A stretch of 64,000 bases of DNA from Candidatus Levyibacteriota bacterium (GTDB lineage: Bacteria; Patescibacteriota; Microgenomatia; Levybacterales; UBA12049). The notes under the pieces are model-generated. The model ran no database searches and was not told the DNA's origin. It saw only the letters and a program-made list of their open reading frames with translations. The translations under genes were made by a program, and so were the position numbers. Positions 18,049-28,140 of the stretch are shown one piece after another (position 1 is the first letter of the stretch; every line of letters begins with the position of its first letter). The stretch is taken from the NCBI GenBank assembly GCA_041906785.1, contig JAYRIM010000023.1:64019-128018 (forward strand), read 5' to 3'.

Positions 18049-19723
18049 TTTTGGTGAAGACTGTTTTTACTCCATTAATAATGGTACTTACAGCAGACTC
18101 TATAGACGTATAAGAAAAAATCGCTTGTATCGCACGAGAAAGATACTCATTTAAATCTTCCGTAAATGTATCATCGTATGTATCACTCGCAAAGTAGCTT
18201 GATTTGGCATAGGGTGCTTGCTCAATAAATCGATATACCATTGGATTATTTTTTAACGACTCTGCCAAATCCTTTCTCGCATAAGGAGTACCAAATGCTC
18301 TTGTCTTACTACTTTCCGTATATAATTTTTGCACGACATCTTTTTCGCTTAAATATTTTAGAAACAATAATGCTTCTTTCTGATGTTGACTTTTCTTCGA
18401 CACACCATTTACCCAATAACTCGCTATAGTCATCTTGTCATGTTTCGGGATATAGGGGACAGGATATAGATCAAATTTTAAATTGACACCATTTTCTTTA
18501 CTTATTTTTTGAATGCTAAAAATATCCCAAGAGAAACCAAAATAAAATCCTACCTTTCCCTTAGCAAAAGCCGTCATAGAAGTGTTGGTTTTATCATTCG
18601 GATCCCACGTTCTATCTGAACTCGAAGCAAAAGGTGTATAGAATCGTAATGCAGCAACCATACTATCTGAAGTTTCAGCTAACTGATCAAATTTCATTCC
18701 ACTTTGTAAAAAAAGGAGAGAAACTATATCTGCTGCATGATTTATATTGTCGTAGGCTCCCATCGCAGCTCCTGAAATTGTGATTTTGTTATTATCTTTT
18801 GTCGTCATAGTCTTTGCAGCAATACTGAACTGATCCCATGTTTGCGGAATCTGAATCTGTGCAGCATTAAATATCTGCCTATTAACAAAAAGTGTAAGCG
18901 TATCAATGCCTTGGGGAATGCCATAGATTGCACCATTCAGAACCAGATCATCTAGAACAACTGGATAATACGTTGCCTTAAAATCATCTAACGTCACAAC
19001 ATCACTTGGCAATGGTAGTAAGACTTCCTGAAGAGTTGGTACCCATGTATTATGATAAGTAAACACATCAGGTGCCGTATTCGTCGTAGTTCTCCCTAGG
19101 ACTCTATCTTTATATTGTTTTTTATCGCGTTTTTCATATACCACTTTAATACCCGGATATTTTTTCTCAAAGTCATCGATAATAGGCTTTAGAGTCTTCG
19201 CATCTTCCCATAACCCCCAATAAGTAATTGTCGCATTGTTATACTTTTTATCACCAGAGAAAAAGCGAGATACTCCTCCTATAAGTAATGCTAAAACTAC
19301 GAGTATACCTATTCCTCCAAAAACCATTTTTAAAATTTTACTTCTAAGCGGACCAGCCATTGGCGGCGCTGAATCAGGAAGATTTCCTCCCATACTGTCA
19401 GGCGGAACATCAGGTGGAGGAGGCTCAGCCGGTCCTGATGCTTGTGGTAGTGGTTGCTCTACCGATGTTTCCTCTTGAGGTAGTGGTGGGGGTAGTATTT
19501 CTTCTGTTGGCTGTTGTGTACTATCAGGTTGTGCGACATCAGTCTGCGTAACTGGCGGAGATGGCTCTGAAACAGACTGTTCTACTGGCTGCGGAGGTTG
19601 TGATGCAGATGGTCCATATAAATCTTGCACTGTTATCCTCGGAGAATCTTGTGTAGCTGGTTGATTTCCTGCACTCTGGTCATTATTTGGTGGATTGTAG
19701 ACTACATTATTGTTTTCATCCAT
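18035..19723 (-). CDS. ABC-transporter extracellular solute-binding protein (family 1, sugar-type) with a Pro/Gln-rich N-terminal region and a TM anchor
   Basis: After the low-complexity N-terminus and one TM helix: TYWGLWEDAKTLKPIIDDFEKKYPGIKVVYEKRD…, typical of SBP_bac_1 proteins. Confidence 0.7.
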   Translation of the reverse strand: MDENNNVVYNPPNNDQSAGNQPATQDSPRITVQDLYGPSASQPPQPVEQSVSEPSPPVTQTDVAQPDSTQQPTEEILPPPLPQEETSVEQPLPQASGPAEPPPPDVPPDSMGGNLPDSAPPMAGPLRSKILKMVFGGIGILVVLALLIGGVSRFFSGDKKYNNATITYWGLWEDAKTLKPIIDDFEKKYPGIKVVYEKRDKKQYKDRVLGRTTTNTAPDVFTYHNTWVPTLQEVLLPLPSDVVTLDDFKATYYPVVLDDLVLNGAIYGIPQGIDTLTLFVNRQIFNAAQIQIPQTWDQFSIAAKTMTTKDNNKITISGAAMGAYDNINHAADIVSLLFLQSGMKFDQLAETSDSMVAALRFYTPFASSSDRTWDPNDKTNTSMTAFAKGKVGFYFGFSWDIFSIQKISKENGVNLKFDLYPVPYIPKHDKMTIASYWVNGVSKKSQHQKEALLFLKYLSEKDVVQKLYTESSKTRAFGTPYARKDLAESLKNNPMVYRFIEQAPYAKSSYFASDTYDDTFTEDLNEYLSRAIQAIFSYTSIESAVSTIINGVKTVFTKNGIL

Positions 19724-19825
19724 AGCATTTTTTAATTGTCGTTTATATATATGGTTAGGTAATAAATTTAGGGAGATTCAATACCGATTTTATAGTATAA
19801 TACCAAAGGGTACTTACGCAATATT

Positions 19826-21262
19826 ATGCCTTCTCTACTTTCAAAAATACCAAAAGATAAAAGACGATTTTTTTCTTCGCTATTAAATGGATATTTCTGG
19901 TTTATCTGTGGTGTTACGTTCGGTCTATTCTTTTTTATAAGCTTTCTTTACATCGTCCATAAAAATACATATCAATCGAAAATTTATCCTGGTGTATATG
20001 TCGACGGAAAAGATTTTGGAGGCAAAACGAAAGAACAGTTAGAAGATTATTTCCAGAAAAAAAACGAGAAAATACAACAATCCTTAATCATTTTTACGCT
20101 TGGAGATAAAGAGGCAACGGTATCAGCAAAAGAGCTTGAATTCGGATATAATCCTACGCTCCTGGCTGATCAGGCTTATAGCATAGGAAGAAGTTCTAAT
20201 ATGTTTTCTAATTTTAGTCTTATCACCCAAGCGTATTTTTCAGGTATTTATCTTCCTGCTACCTATCAATATCAAGTAGAGAAACTTGATGAACTTTTGA
20301 AACCCTTAAGAGATCTTGTGTATGCTGAACCAGTTGATGCAAGGTTTTCCTTTGAAGATGGTCGTGTAAAAGAGTTTAAGACTTCTTCAGATGGAAAGGA
20401 TATTGATATGGAAGTACTGAAATTACGTTTTTCAGAAAAAACACTGTCTGTTATTCGTGCTGAGAAACCTTTACGGTTAGTTATTCCTGTACCTGTCAAA
20501 ATCCTTAAACCAAAAGTTACTACTAATGAAGTGAACGACATAGGAATTACTGAGCTAGTGGCGAGTGGTTCTTCTCTCTTCGTCGGATCAATTCCTAATA
20601 GGATTTATAATATTACACTTGCAGCAACAAGGTTAAATGGCATACTGATTAAGCCAGATGAAATATTCTCTTTTAATAAAGCAATTGGTGATATCTCAAC
20701 ATTTACAGGGTATAAACAAGCATATGTCATCCAAAATGGGAGAACTGTTCTCGGTGATGGAGGAGGCGTATGTCAAGTTTCAACTACTCTTTTTAGAGCG
20801 GCATTAAACGCTGGACTTCCTATAATTGAGAGAAATCCACATGCTTATCGAGTGAGTTATTATGAGCAGGATCAAGGTCCGGGTCTTGATGCATCTATCT
20901 ATGTACCAACAAATGATTTTCGTTTCAAAAATGATACTGGCCATTATTTACTTATTCAAACGATTGTTGATCCTAACACTGGAAGTTTGACTTTCGAGCT
21001 GTATGGAACGAAGGATAATAGAGAAGTTACTATTTCTAAACCAGTCATTACATCAGTAACTTCTTCACCAGAACCACTTTATATTGATGATCCAACAATG
21101 CCTAAAGGAGAAGTTAAACAAATAGATTATGCAGTGTCAGGCGCGACAGTGTATTTTACGAGAGAAGTTAAGAAAGATGGACAAGTTATACTTTCAGATC
21201 GATTTAATTCTAATTATCGTGCATGGCAAGCAGTCTATTTACGAGGAACGAAAGAAGGATAA
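19826..21262 (+). CDS. VanW-family protein
   Basis: N-terminal TM, then the VanW core LGDGGGVCQVSTTLFRAALNAGLPIIERNPH. Confidence 0.8.
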   Translation: MPSLLSKIPKDKRRFFSSLLNGYFWFICGVTFGLFFFISFLYIVHKNTYQSKIYPGVYVDGKDFGGKTKEQLEDYFQKKNEKIQQSLIIFTLGDKEATVSAKELEFGYNPTLLADQAYSIGRSSNMFSNFSLITQAYFSGIYLPATYQYQVEKLDELLKPLRDLVYAEPVDARFSFEDGRVKEFKTSSDGKDIDMEVLKLRFSEKTLSVIRAEKPLRLVIPVPVKILKPKVTTNEVNDIGITELVASGSSLFVGSIPNRIYNITLAATRLNGILIKPDEIFSFNKAIGDISTFTGYKQAYVIQNGRTVLGDGGGVCQVSTTLFRAALNAGLPIIERNPHAYRVSYYEQDQGPGLDASIYVPTNDFRFKNDTGHYLLIQTIVDPNTGSLTFELYGTKDNREVTISKPVITSVTSSPEPLYIDDPTMPKGEVKQIDYAVSGATVYFTREVKKDGQVILSDRFNSNYRAWQAVYLRGTKEG

Positions 21263-21266
21263 GGAG

Positions 21267-21308
21267 AATGTCAAATTTCCAATGTCAAATTCCAAATGAC
21301 AAATGAAC
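21267..21308. repeat. Three tandem 14-nt repeats (AATGTCAAATTTCC / AATGTCAAATTCCA / AATGACAAATGAAC) between vanW-family gene and the cytidylyltransferase gene
   Basis: Direct reading of the sequence. Repeats begin right after a AAGGAG motif. Confidence 0.6.
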
Positions 21309-21368
21309 TTTCCCTTATTATTTGAAACTTGATATTTGGAATTGGTATTTATTTGAAATTTCACACCT

Positions 21369-21857
21369 ATGGAAAAAAAAATTGTAAGATTTGAGGAATC
21401 AGTAAACCTTACAAAACAACTACACAATAATGGAAAAAAAATTGTTGTGGCTGGTGGTTGTTTTGACATTCTGCATGTCGGACATATATCCTTTCTAGAA
21501 AATGCAAAAAAAGCTGGTGATATCCTTATAGTCTTTCTAGAAAGTGATAAACACATTGAACAGATGAAAGGAATTGGTAGACCGATTAATACTCAAATCG
21601 ATCGAGCAAGACTGCTAGCAGCGTTATCAATAGTAGATTATATTATTTTACTTCCTGATAATGTCAGTGACCAACTCTACGATTCTCTGATTTTAGATAC
21701 TAAACCTGCTATAATCGCTACAACCCAACCGGATGTAAATAGAAGGCATAAGGAACGACAAGCCAAAATGGTTGGGGGGACCGTAGTAGACGTAATCCCG
21801 AAAATTGAAAATCAATCGACGTCCCGTATAGCATCATTACTGGAAAAAGAAATATAG
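21369..21857 (+). CDS. Cytidylyltransferase-fold nucleotidyltransferase (RfaE domain II / TagD-like, HxGH motif)
   Basis: KIVVAGGCFDILHVGHISFLENAKKAGDILIV resembles HldE domain II and glycerol-3-phosphate cytidylyltransferases. Confidence 0.75.
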   Translation: MEKKIVRFEESVNLTKQLHNNGKKIVVAGGCFDILHVGHISFLENAKKAGDILIVFLESDKHIEQMKGIGRPINTQIDRARLLAALSIVDYIILLPDNVSDQLYDSLILDTKPAIIATTQPDVNRRHKERQAKMVGGTVVDVIPKIENQSTSRIASLLEKEI

Positions 21858-21858
21858 T

Positions 21859-22314
21859 ATGACAAGAAATAAAATATTTTTTATTGGCATTACTATCGTT
21901 TTATTAGCTGTTGTATTTCTCTCTTACGCGAAAGTACAAATGCTCTGGAATAAAACCGCTGTTATTAATGGGAAAACAATTACGCTCGACATTGCTAAAA
22001 CTCCTGATGAGCTGCAGAAAGGTTTATCTATTTACGACAAACTTCCCTCAGATAAAGGAATGCTTTTTCTGTTTAATAAGCCGGGAAGATATCAATTCTG
22101 GATGAAGGACATGAAATTTCCTATTGATATTATTTATTTAGATAATGAAAAAGTGGTTACTATTTTTGAAAATGTACCACATAAAATAGACAATGTGGCA
22201 AATCTGAATTTATACCAGCCTACACAACCAGCTACGCGTGTCTTGGAATTAAATGCAGGAAAGTCGAAAGAATTAAAACTGAAAGAAGGAGATACTATAA
22301 AATTAAATATTTAG
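21859..22314 (+). CDS. DUF192-family protein (COG1430)
   Basis: Signal anchor plus FWMKDMKFPIDIIYLD, typical of DUF192. Starts 2 nt after the preceding stop. Confidence 0.65.
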   Translation: MTRNKIFFIGITIVLLAVVFLSYAKVQMLWNKTAVINGKTITLDIAKTPDELQKGLSIYDKLPSDKGMLFLFNKPGRYQFWMKDMKFPIDIIYLDNEKVVTIFENVPHKIDNVANLNLYQPTQPATRVLELNAGKSKELKLKEGDTIKLNI

Positions 22315-22324
22315 AAAGAATTAG

Positions 22325-23236
22325 TTAAAACCATCCCTTATTTTTTTGTCCTTCGTTTTCAAACTCTTCAAGCAACTCTTTTTGTCTCTTCGTGAGCTTT
22401 TGTGGAATAGCAATCTTTATTCGCACATAATGATCTCCACGTCCCTGTCGTCGAAGAAGAGGAACACCTTTTCCACGTAAACGGATAAGCGTGCCCGGCT
22501 GCGTTCCTTCAGGAACACGTATTGTCACCTCACCATCAATTGTTTGTACAGGTAGTTCTGTTCCCACTGAAGCTTTCGCAAACGAAATTGTTTCTTCAGT
22601 AATAATATCTGCACCTTCTCTTTGGAATCGACTGTCAGAAGTAACATCTATAACGATATCATATGTATCAAATCGAATCCGAGAGCCTGAGTCTACTCCA
22701 GCTGGAATTTTAATTTTTTGTTTTTTACCTTCAATTGTTACTTCTTTCTCTACACCTTTTACTGCATCCATAAAAGAAATTGTTAGTGAATAAATAGGTC
22801 GCCTCTGTCGAGAACCGAATGGTGCACCACCAAAAAATTGTTCAAATATATCAAAAGGATCAGAAAATCCACCAAAGTCAAAACCTGCACCATCTCCTCC
22901 AGTTGAATACGTATATGTAAATGGACCGTACTGACCCGTTCTATTCCCACCAAACGGCCCCTGCCCGCCTTGAGCTCCGCCGAAGGGTCCAGCACCTTGT
23001 TCAAAAGCAGCTGCACCGAACTGATCATATGTTTGTCTTTTTTGCGGATCAGATAAAACCTCATACGCTTGTGTTACTTCTTTAAATTTGACTTCAGCTT
23101 CTTTTGTTTTGTTTCGATCAGGATGATACTGTAACGCTAGTTTGCGATATGCTCTTTTGATTTCATCTGCACTCGCATTTTTTGTAACCCCTAATGTTTG
23201 ATAATAATCTTTAGCCATATACTCTCCCTTTCTCAA
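22325..23236 (-). CDS. cbpA: DnaJ-class co-chaperone without zinc-finger domain (CbpA-like, J domain + G/F region + C-terminal domains)
   Basis: DYYQTLGV…[13 protein letters not shown] (HPD motif), Gly/Phe-rich linker, no CxxCxGxG repeats. Probable start MAKDYYQ at about 23218. Confidence 0.85.
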   Translation of the reverse strand: MRKGEYMAKDYYQTLGVTKNASADEIKRAYRKLALQYHPDRNKTKEAEVKFKEVTQAYEVLSDPQKRQTYDQFGAAAFEQGAGPFGGAQGGQGPFGGNRTGQYGPFTYTYSTGGDGAGFDFGGFSDPFDIFEQFFGGAPFGSRQRRPIYSLTISFMDAVKGVEKEVTIEGKKQKIKIPAGVDSGSRIRFDTYDIVIDVTSDSRFQREGADIITEETISFAKASVGTELPVQTIDGEVTIRVPEGTQPGTLIRLRGKGVPLLRRQGRGDHYVRIKIAIPQKLTKRQKELLEEFENEGQKNKGWF

Positions 23237-24191
23237 ACAAAATTATACCATTTTCTCCTTTTCTTCGTTGCCTTTCCAATCGATCACCTTTATATTTTCC
23301 AACCGTAAATTCATCCAGCGTCATGGGGCGTAAGACTCTCTGCTCCATGATAGCTACTTGTCTATTTCTCACCGCTTGTGCTGTAGGAACTTTCGGATCA
23401 TGAAATACTACTACCTCACCCACATGTAATCCATGGCTGTCAGATCCCGCATCAACCCCACCCAATAAATGTTGATATTTTTGAAAAATAACCTTAGCTC
23501 TTTTATTTGAGCTATATGATGGAAGTACGTTTTCTACCCGCCCACTCAATCCTTGAAGTAATCGATGTTTACCGATAAGTTTGCGTACTGTTCTTGATAC
23601 GTTATCTACATGGACGGAAGCCCCGTTATGAACTTCTATATTAAACTTATCTCTTATATTTGCCCCATCTCTACCCCAAGCGGCTATTAAAGCTACTATT
23701 TCAGCTTCTGTCATTGAAATATCACCCAATTCTGGATGAGCTATAGATACCATAACATCTTCCCATCCTGTCTGAGATCTCCTGCGAGAATTAACCTCTC
23801 GTAGTAATTCCGATACTGGAGCATTGGTTAACGGTGGTGAAGATTCACCAGAGAAATTCCAAATACGAATATGTCGTGGCGCCCATTGTTTTCTTTTTAG
23901 GTCATACATTAACTCGCTTATCGCTGTACTTTCTACACCAGGTATGAGTTTTATACCTATTTTTCGAGCTATCTCTATAGCATCAGGAATATGATGAGTC
24001 ATATCATGATCAGTCAAGCCAACGATATCTACACCTTGCCTTGCAGCATCATCAAGAATATCTTCAGTATTTCTTACTGCATCCGCCCCAGGGTTAACAT
24101 GGACATGCAAATCAGCTGCAACCATACCTGAAACGTACGGAATACCATATTGATGAATATAGGTTGCTTGCACATACTCTGCCGACATCAT
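23211..24191 (-). CDS. PHP-domain (polymerase/histidinol phosphatase family) metal-dependent phosphoesterase
   Basis: [14 protein letters not shown]…VGLTDHD…HPELG motifs of the PHP family. Inserted between dnaK and the dnaJ-like gene. Confidence 0.7.
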   Translation of the reverse strand: MMSAEYVQATYIHQYGIPYVSGMVAADLHVHVNPGADAVRNTEDILDDAARQGVDIVGLTDHDMTHHIPDAIEIARKIGIKLIPGVESTAISELMYDLKRKQWAPRHIRIWNFSGESSPPLTNAPVSELLREVNSRRRSQTGWEDVMVSIAHPELGDISMTEAEIVALIAAWGRDGANIRDKFNIEVHNGASVHVDNVSRTVRKLIGKHRLLQGLSGRVENVLPSYSSNKRAKVIFQKYQHLLGGVDAGSDSHGLHVGEVVVFHDPKVPTAQAVRNRQVAIMEQRVLRPMTLDEFTVGKYKGDRLERQRRKGENGIILFEKGRVYG

Positions 24192-24257
24192 ATTTTGCCA
24201 AAAAAAACCTCGTGTTAAGAGGTATAATCTACGAGGTTATAAGAACAATGATGAGGT

Positions 24258-26174
24258 TTATTCAACAACTTCACCTTCTACAGGTTCATCACCTTTTTTA
24301 TCTTTTGTTTCATCTCTCCCTGGCTCTTTGGTCTCTTCTGTTCCTGGCGTTTCTTGTTGTCCTCCATTTTGTGGTGAGCTTGTCGAACCATACATCGCCT
24401 GCCCTATTTTTTGTAAGCTTTCAGAGAGATCTCGTGTCTTCATCTCTAGATCTTCTTTTGAACCTGATTCGAGAATACCTTTTAATACTGAGATTTTTTC
24501 TTCTATTTCTTTTTTAACATCTTCAGCTACTTTATCCCCCGCATCTTTTAAGGATTTTTCTGCCGTGAATATCATAGCGTCTGCTTGATTCCGTGTTTCG
24601 ACTCGAGCTTTCTTTTCTTCATCTTCTTTCGAGTGCAGCTCTGCTTCTTTCGTCATTTTCTCAACTTCTTCTTTCGAAAGACCAGTAGAACCTGTTATTT
24701 TAATACTTTGTTCTTTACCTGTTGCTTTATCTTTTGCAGTAACATGTAAGATACCATTTGCATCAATGTCAAATGTTACTTCAACCTGTGGCATACCACG
24801 CGGTGCTGGAGGAATACCATCGAGAATAAATCTACCCAATGATTTATTATCACCAGCCATTGGCCGTTCTCCTTGAAGAATATTTATTTCTACTTGTGTT
24901 TGATTATCTGCTGCCGTTGAAAAGACTTGTGATTTTGTTGTTGGAATTGTCGTATTTCTTGGAATTAGTGGGGTAGAAACACCACCAAGTGTTTCTAAAC
25001 CGAGCGTTAACGGAGTAACGTCAAGGAGAAGAACATCTTTTACTTCGCCACCGAGTACTCCTCCCTGTACTGCTGCTCCAATTGCGACAACCTCATCAGG
25101 ATTTACAGATTTGTTAGGTTCTTTTCCGAAAAACTTCGTGACGACTTCTACTACTTTCGGCATACGTGTCATACCTCCCACGAGTACAACTTCATCGACT
25201 TGTTTTTCTGTTATACCAGCATCTTTCAAGGCAAGCCGTACTGGATCTAAGGTCTTCTGGATTAACTCATCAACAATCGACTCTAATTTCGCCCGAGTCA
25301 AAGTCATGGTTAAATGCAATGGACCTTCTTTCCCTTGTGTAATAAATGGTTGGTTAATTTGTGCTTCCTGGGATGATGAAAGTTCTATTTTTGCTTTCTC
25401 TGCAGATTCTTTCAGACGTTGTAATGCTTGAGGATCTTTTCGTAAATCAATACCATTTTCTTTTTGAAATTCTGTGGCAATATATTCAATTATTTTCTGA
25501 TCAAAATCATCTCCACCGAGATGTGTATCTCCATTTGTTGACTTTACTTCATATACACCTTCTCCAAGTTCGAGGATAGAAATATCAAATGTACCTCCGC
25601 CCAAATCATATACTGCAATTGTATGTGCATTCTTTTTATCTAATCCATACGCAAGCGCTGCTGCTGTAGGTTCATTGATAATACGTTTAACATCTAACCC
25701 AGCGATTTCGCCTGCCTGTTTTGTTGCTTGTCTCTGACTATCATCAAAATATGCTGGAACAGTAATAACTGCTTCAGTTACTTTCGAACCGAGATAGCTT
25801 TCAGCATCTGCTTTAATTTTTTGCAGAATCATTGCTGAAATTTCCTGAGGTGTGTATGTTTTTCCTTCTACCTCAACCACAGCCATGTCATCACGTCCAG
25901 CTTTTACTGTATACGGTAGCCATTTCATGTCTCGCTGAACAGATTCATCATGGAATTTTTTCCCCATTAGTCGTTTTATAGAAAAAATAGTTCGTTTTGG
26001 TTTTAAGACCATCTGACGTTTTGCCACATCTCCCACGACACGACTCACTGGATCTACAACAGATGGGATAACATTTCTTCCTTCTGCTGAATGGATCACT
26101 TTAGGCTGTCCGCCTTCCATGACCGCTACACATGAATTTGTTGTTCCTAAATCAATCCCTATAATTTTTCCCAT
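24258..26174 (-). CDS. dnaK: Molecular chaperone DnaK (Hsp70)
   Basis: [22 protein letters not shown], full-length Hsp70 with substrate-binding domain and acidic C-terminus. Confidence 0.97.
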   Translation of the reverse strand: MGKIIGIDLGTTNSCVAVMEGGQPKVIHSAEGRNVIPSVVDPVSRVVGDVAKRQMVLKPKRTIFSIKRLMGKKFHDESVQRDMKWLPYTVKAGRDDMAVVEVEGKTYTPQEISAMILQKIKADAESYLGSKVTEAVITVPAYFDDSQRQATKQAGEIAGLDVKRIINEPTAAALAYGLDKKNAHTIAVYDLGGGTFDISILELGEGVYEVKSTNGDTHLGGDDFDQKIIEYIATEFQKENGIDLRKDPQALQRLKESAEKAKIELSSSQEAQINQPFITQGKEGPLHLTMTLTRAKLESIVDELIQKTLDPVRLALKDAGITEKQVDEVVLVGGMTRMPKVVEVVTKFFGKEPNKSVNPDEVVAIGAAVQGGVLGGEVKDVLLLDVTPLTLGLETLGGVSTPLIPRNTTIPTTKSQVFSTAADNQTQVEINILQGERPMAGDNKSLGRFILDGIPPAPRGMPQVEVTFDIDANGILHVTAKDKATGKEQSIKITGSTGLSKEEVEKMTKEAELHSKEDEEKKARVETRNQADAMIFTAEKSLKDAGDKVAEDVKKEIEEKISVLKGILESGSKEDLEMKTRDLSESLQKIGQAMYGSTSSPQNGGQQETPGTEETKEPGRDETKDKKGDEPVEGEVVE

Positions 26175-26250
26175 ATGTTCCTTTCAGTCAATCTAAAAAA
26201 TAAAAAATCAAATCTAAAATATCTTTGAGATTTAATCTTTAATTTTTTAT

Positions 26251-26766
26251 TTAACTTCCACTCCCTACTGTTACTTGTGCTGGCCTTAATATTTTATCAT
26301 GTAACAGATATCCTGCCCGTAACTCTTTAATAACCGTATTCTCCTTCCCTTCTTCTGTCGTAACAGCCTCCATAAGATGAGGATCAAACTCTTTCCCTAC
26401 TGTTTCAATCTTCGTAACACCTTCTGTTTTTAAAACATCGAGAAACTGGCCAATACTCACTGCAAGATTTTTATCATCGCTATGCAATTGTGCAAGCATG
26501 AGCGTATCTAAAACAGGAAGTATTCGTAAAAGCAACTCTCGATTTGCAGACCGAATCCATTCTGTACGCTGCTCTCGCATCCATTTCTCTTGGTTTTGAT
26601 AATCAGCAACTGCTCGTTTCCACTTCGCTTCTAGATCTCTTACTTGCTCTTCCAACTCCGCAACCTTTCTACTCTGTTTTCCCTTTGTCTCTTCTGGCCC
26701 TTTTGTCTCCTTTATTTCCGCCTGCTGATTATCAGTGTTGTCATTTTGTTTTTCGTCTTTTGCCAT
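26251..26766 (-). CDS. grpE: Nucleotide exchange factor GrpE
   Basis: Coiled-coil N-terminus and GrpE core …RILPVLDTLMLAQ…EFDPHLMEAV. Confidence 0.9.
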   Translation of the reverse strand: MAKDEKQNDNTDNQQAEIKETKGPEETKGKQSRKVAELEEQVRDLEAKWKRAVADYQNQEKWMREQRTEWIRSANRELLLRILPVLDTLMLAQLHSDDKNLAVSIGQFLDVLKTEGVTKIETVGKEFDPHLMEAVTTEEGKENTVIKELRAGYLLHDKILRPAQVTVGSGS

Positions 26767-26807
26767 TTTACAATTTTTATCTTTTAATTTTAACTTTTAA
26801 TTTACTA

Positions 26808-27551
26808 CTACCATCCTCTCACTATTTCAGGAATTAATATTTTAATGGTTCTCACTGTTGGAACAATATTCGTATAATTCAAACGGACAGGACCTATCAC
26901 TCCGATTATCCCTTTATGCTGCATTGGCGTTTGATAAGTGCTATATACTAAACTGTATGGACCTTGGAGCATAGATCCTAATTCATCTCCTAATAAAATA
27001 TGAACATCCTCATCTGTTTCTTCTGATTGCTGCAAAAGCTGTTGAATGTAATCTGCACTATCAATCGCCTCAAGTAAATTCTTTGTGACGTCGATATCAT
27101 AAAACTCTGGCATATCGAGAATATGAGCATAACCAGAACAATATAATTCCCCTTCATCAGTCGTCGCGATAGCAAGTGTCTTTGTTTTTTCTGCTAATGA
27201 ACGCGTCACTTCCCGCAGAAAGCGATTAGCTTGATCTCGATAATCCCACACTCGTTCTTTTAATGCAACCTCTTCTCCTACAGATAGCTCTTTTTCCTTC
27301 ATGAGCTCACTCACATAGAACTTCATACCGTTCGGAGTGGGCATTCTGCCTGCAGAAGAGTGCGGTTTTTGCAGGTAACCTAATTCTGTTAATCTAACCA
27401 TCTCGTTCCGAATAGTAGCTGGAGATGCACTAATACTGTGTCTTTTTTCGAGTGTTTCAGAACCAACCGGCTCTGCTGTCTTAATGTACTCTTCGATAAG
27501 CGCTTTTAGAATTTCTATTTGTCGTTGTGTTAAATTCTGTAGTCCTTCCAT
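26808..27551 (-). CDS. hrcA: Heat-inducible transcription repressor HrcA (short form)
   Basis: LTQRQIEILKALIEEYIKTAEPVGSETL…SPATIRNEMVRLTELGYLQKPHSSAGRMPT. 247 aa, shorter than typical HrcA. Confidence 0.8.
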   Translation of the reverse strand: MEGLQNLTQRQIEILKALIEEYIKTAEPVGSETLEKRHSISASPATIRNEMVRLTELGYLQKPHSSAGRMPTPNGMKFYVSELMKEKELSVGEEVALKERVWDYRDQANRFLREVTRSLAEKTKTLAIATTDEGELYCSGYAHILDMPEFYDIDVTKNLLEAIDSADYIQQLLQQSEETDEDVHILLGDELGSMLQGPYSLVYSTYQTPMQHKGIIGVIGPVRLNYTNIVPTVRTIKILIPEIVRGW

Positions 27552-27593
27552 AAATATAGTGTTAGTCTAATAATTCAATCGAAATGTTTCGTA

Positions 27594-28130
27594 ATGAAGA
27601 TTAGCAAAATAATAACACGACTGCCAAAGCCTGTCAAGTCCGGTATGCTTTCTCTTTCTTTTTTCTTACTCTTCTGTAACGCATCTATAAAATATTGTCG
27701 GTATATTTTTTATATGTTTGCATTACTCGTTGTCGTATTATTCGGTATTTTATTTTCGTTCTTTGCGACACAAAACACTCAAGGTGTCGGCATTCAATTA
27801 TTCCAATATCATTATGGTAATGTCCCTCTCTATCTTATAGCCCTTATCTCTCTTCTTCTCGGAGTATTTATCTCATGGCTTCTTAGTGTTATAGAATGGG
27901 CTTCAACGTCCCTAACACTTCATGGAAAAGATATGCATATTAAAAAATCTGAAAAAGCGATCGAGCATCTCCAACAAAGAATTTATGAACTTGAAAGAAA
28001 AAATGCTTTATTACAACATGAAAAGGAAGATGTGAAAGAAGACGCAAAAGAAGAAATACATGATGCGAAAGAAGAACAAATGCATCGTGGAAGCTTCTTC
28101 GACCACTTCCGCCACAAACCCGCAATTTAG
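27594..28130 (+). CDS. LapA-domain (DUF1049) inner-membrane protein with C-terminal coiled-coil/acidic region
   Basis: FFATQNTQGVGIQLFQYHYGNVPLYLIALISLLLGVFISWLL matches the LapA/DUF1049 domain. Probable real start at MFALLVVVLF (about 27714). Confidence 0.5.
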   Translation: MKISKIITRLPKPVKSGMLSLSFFLLFCNASIKYCRYIFYMFALLVVVLFGILFSFFATQNTQGVGIQLFQYHYGNVPLYLIALISLLLGVFISWLLSVIEWASTSLTLHGKDMHIKKSEKAIEHLQQRIYELERKNALLQHEKEDVKEDAKEEIHDAKEEQMHRGSFFDHFRHKPAI

Positions 28131-28140
28131 ATTTTCTCTC

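Noticed and set aside
27552-27713. Searched for a CIRCE operator (TTAGCACTC-N9-GAGTGCTAA) upstream of hrcA
   Set aside because: Only a weak half-site-like TTAGACTAACACTA is present, with no inverted partner at 9-nt spacing. Not reported as a feature.
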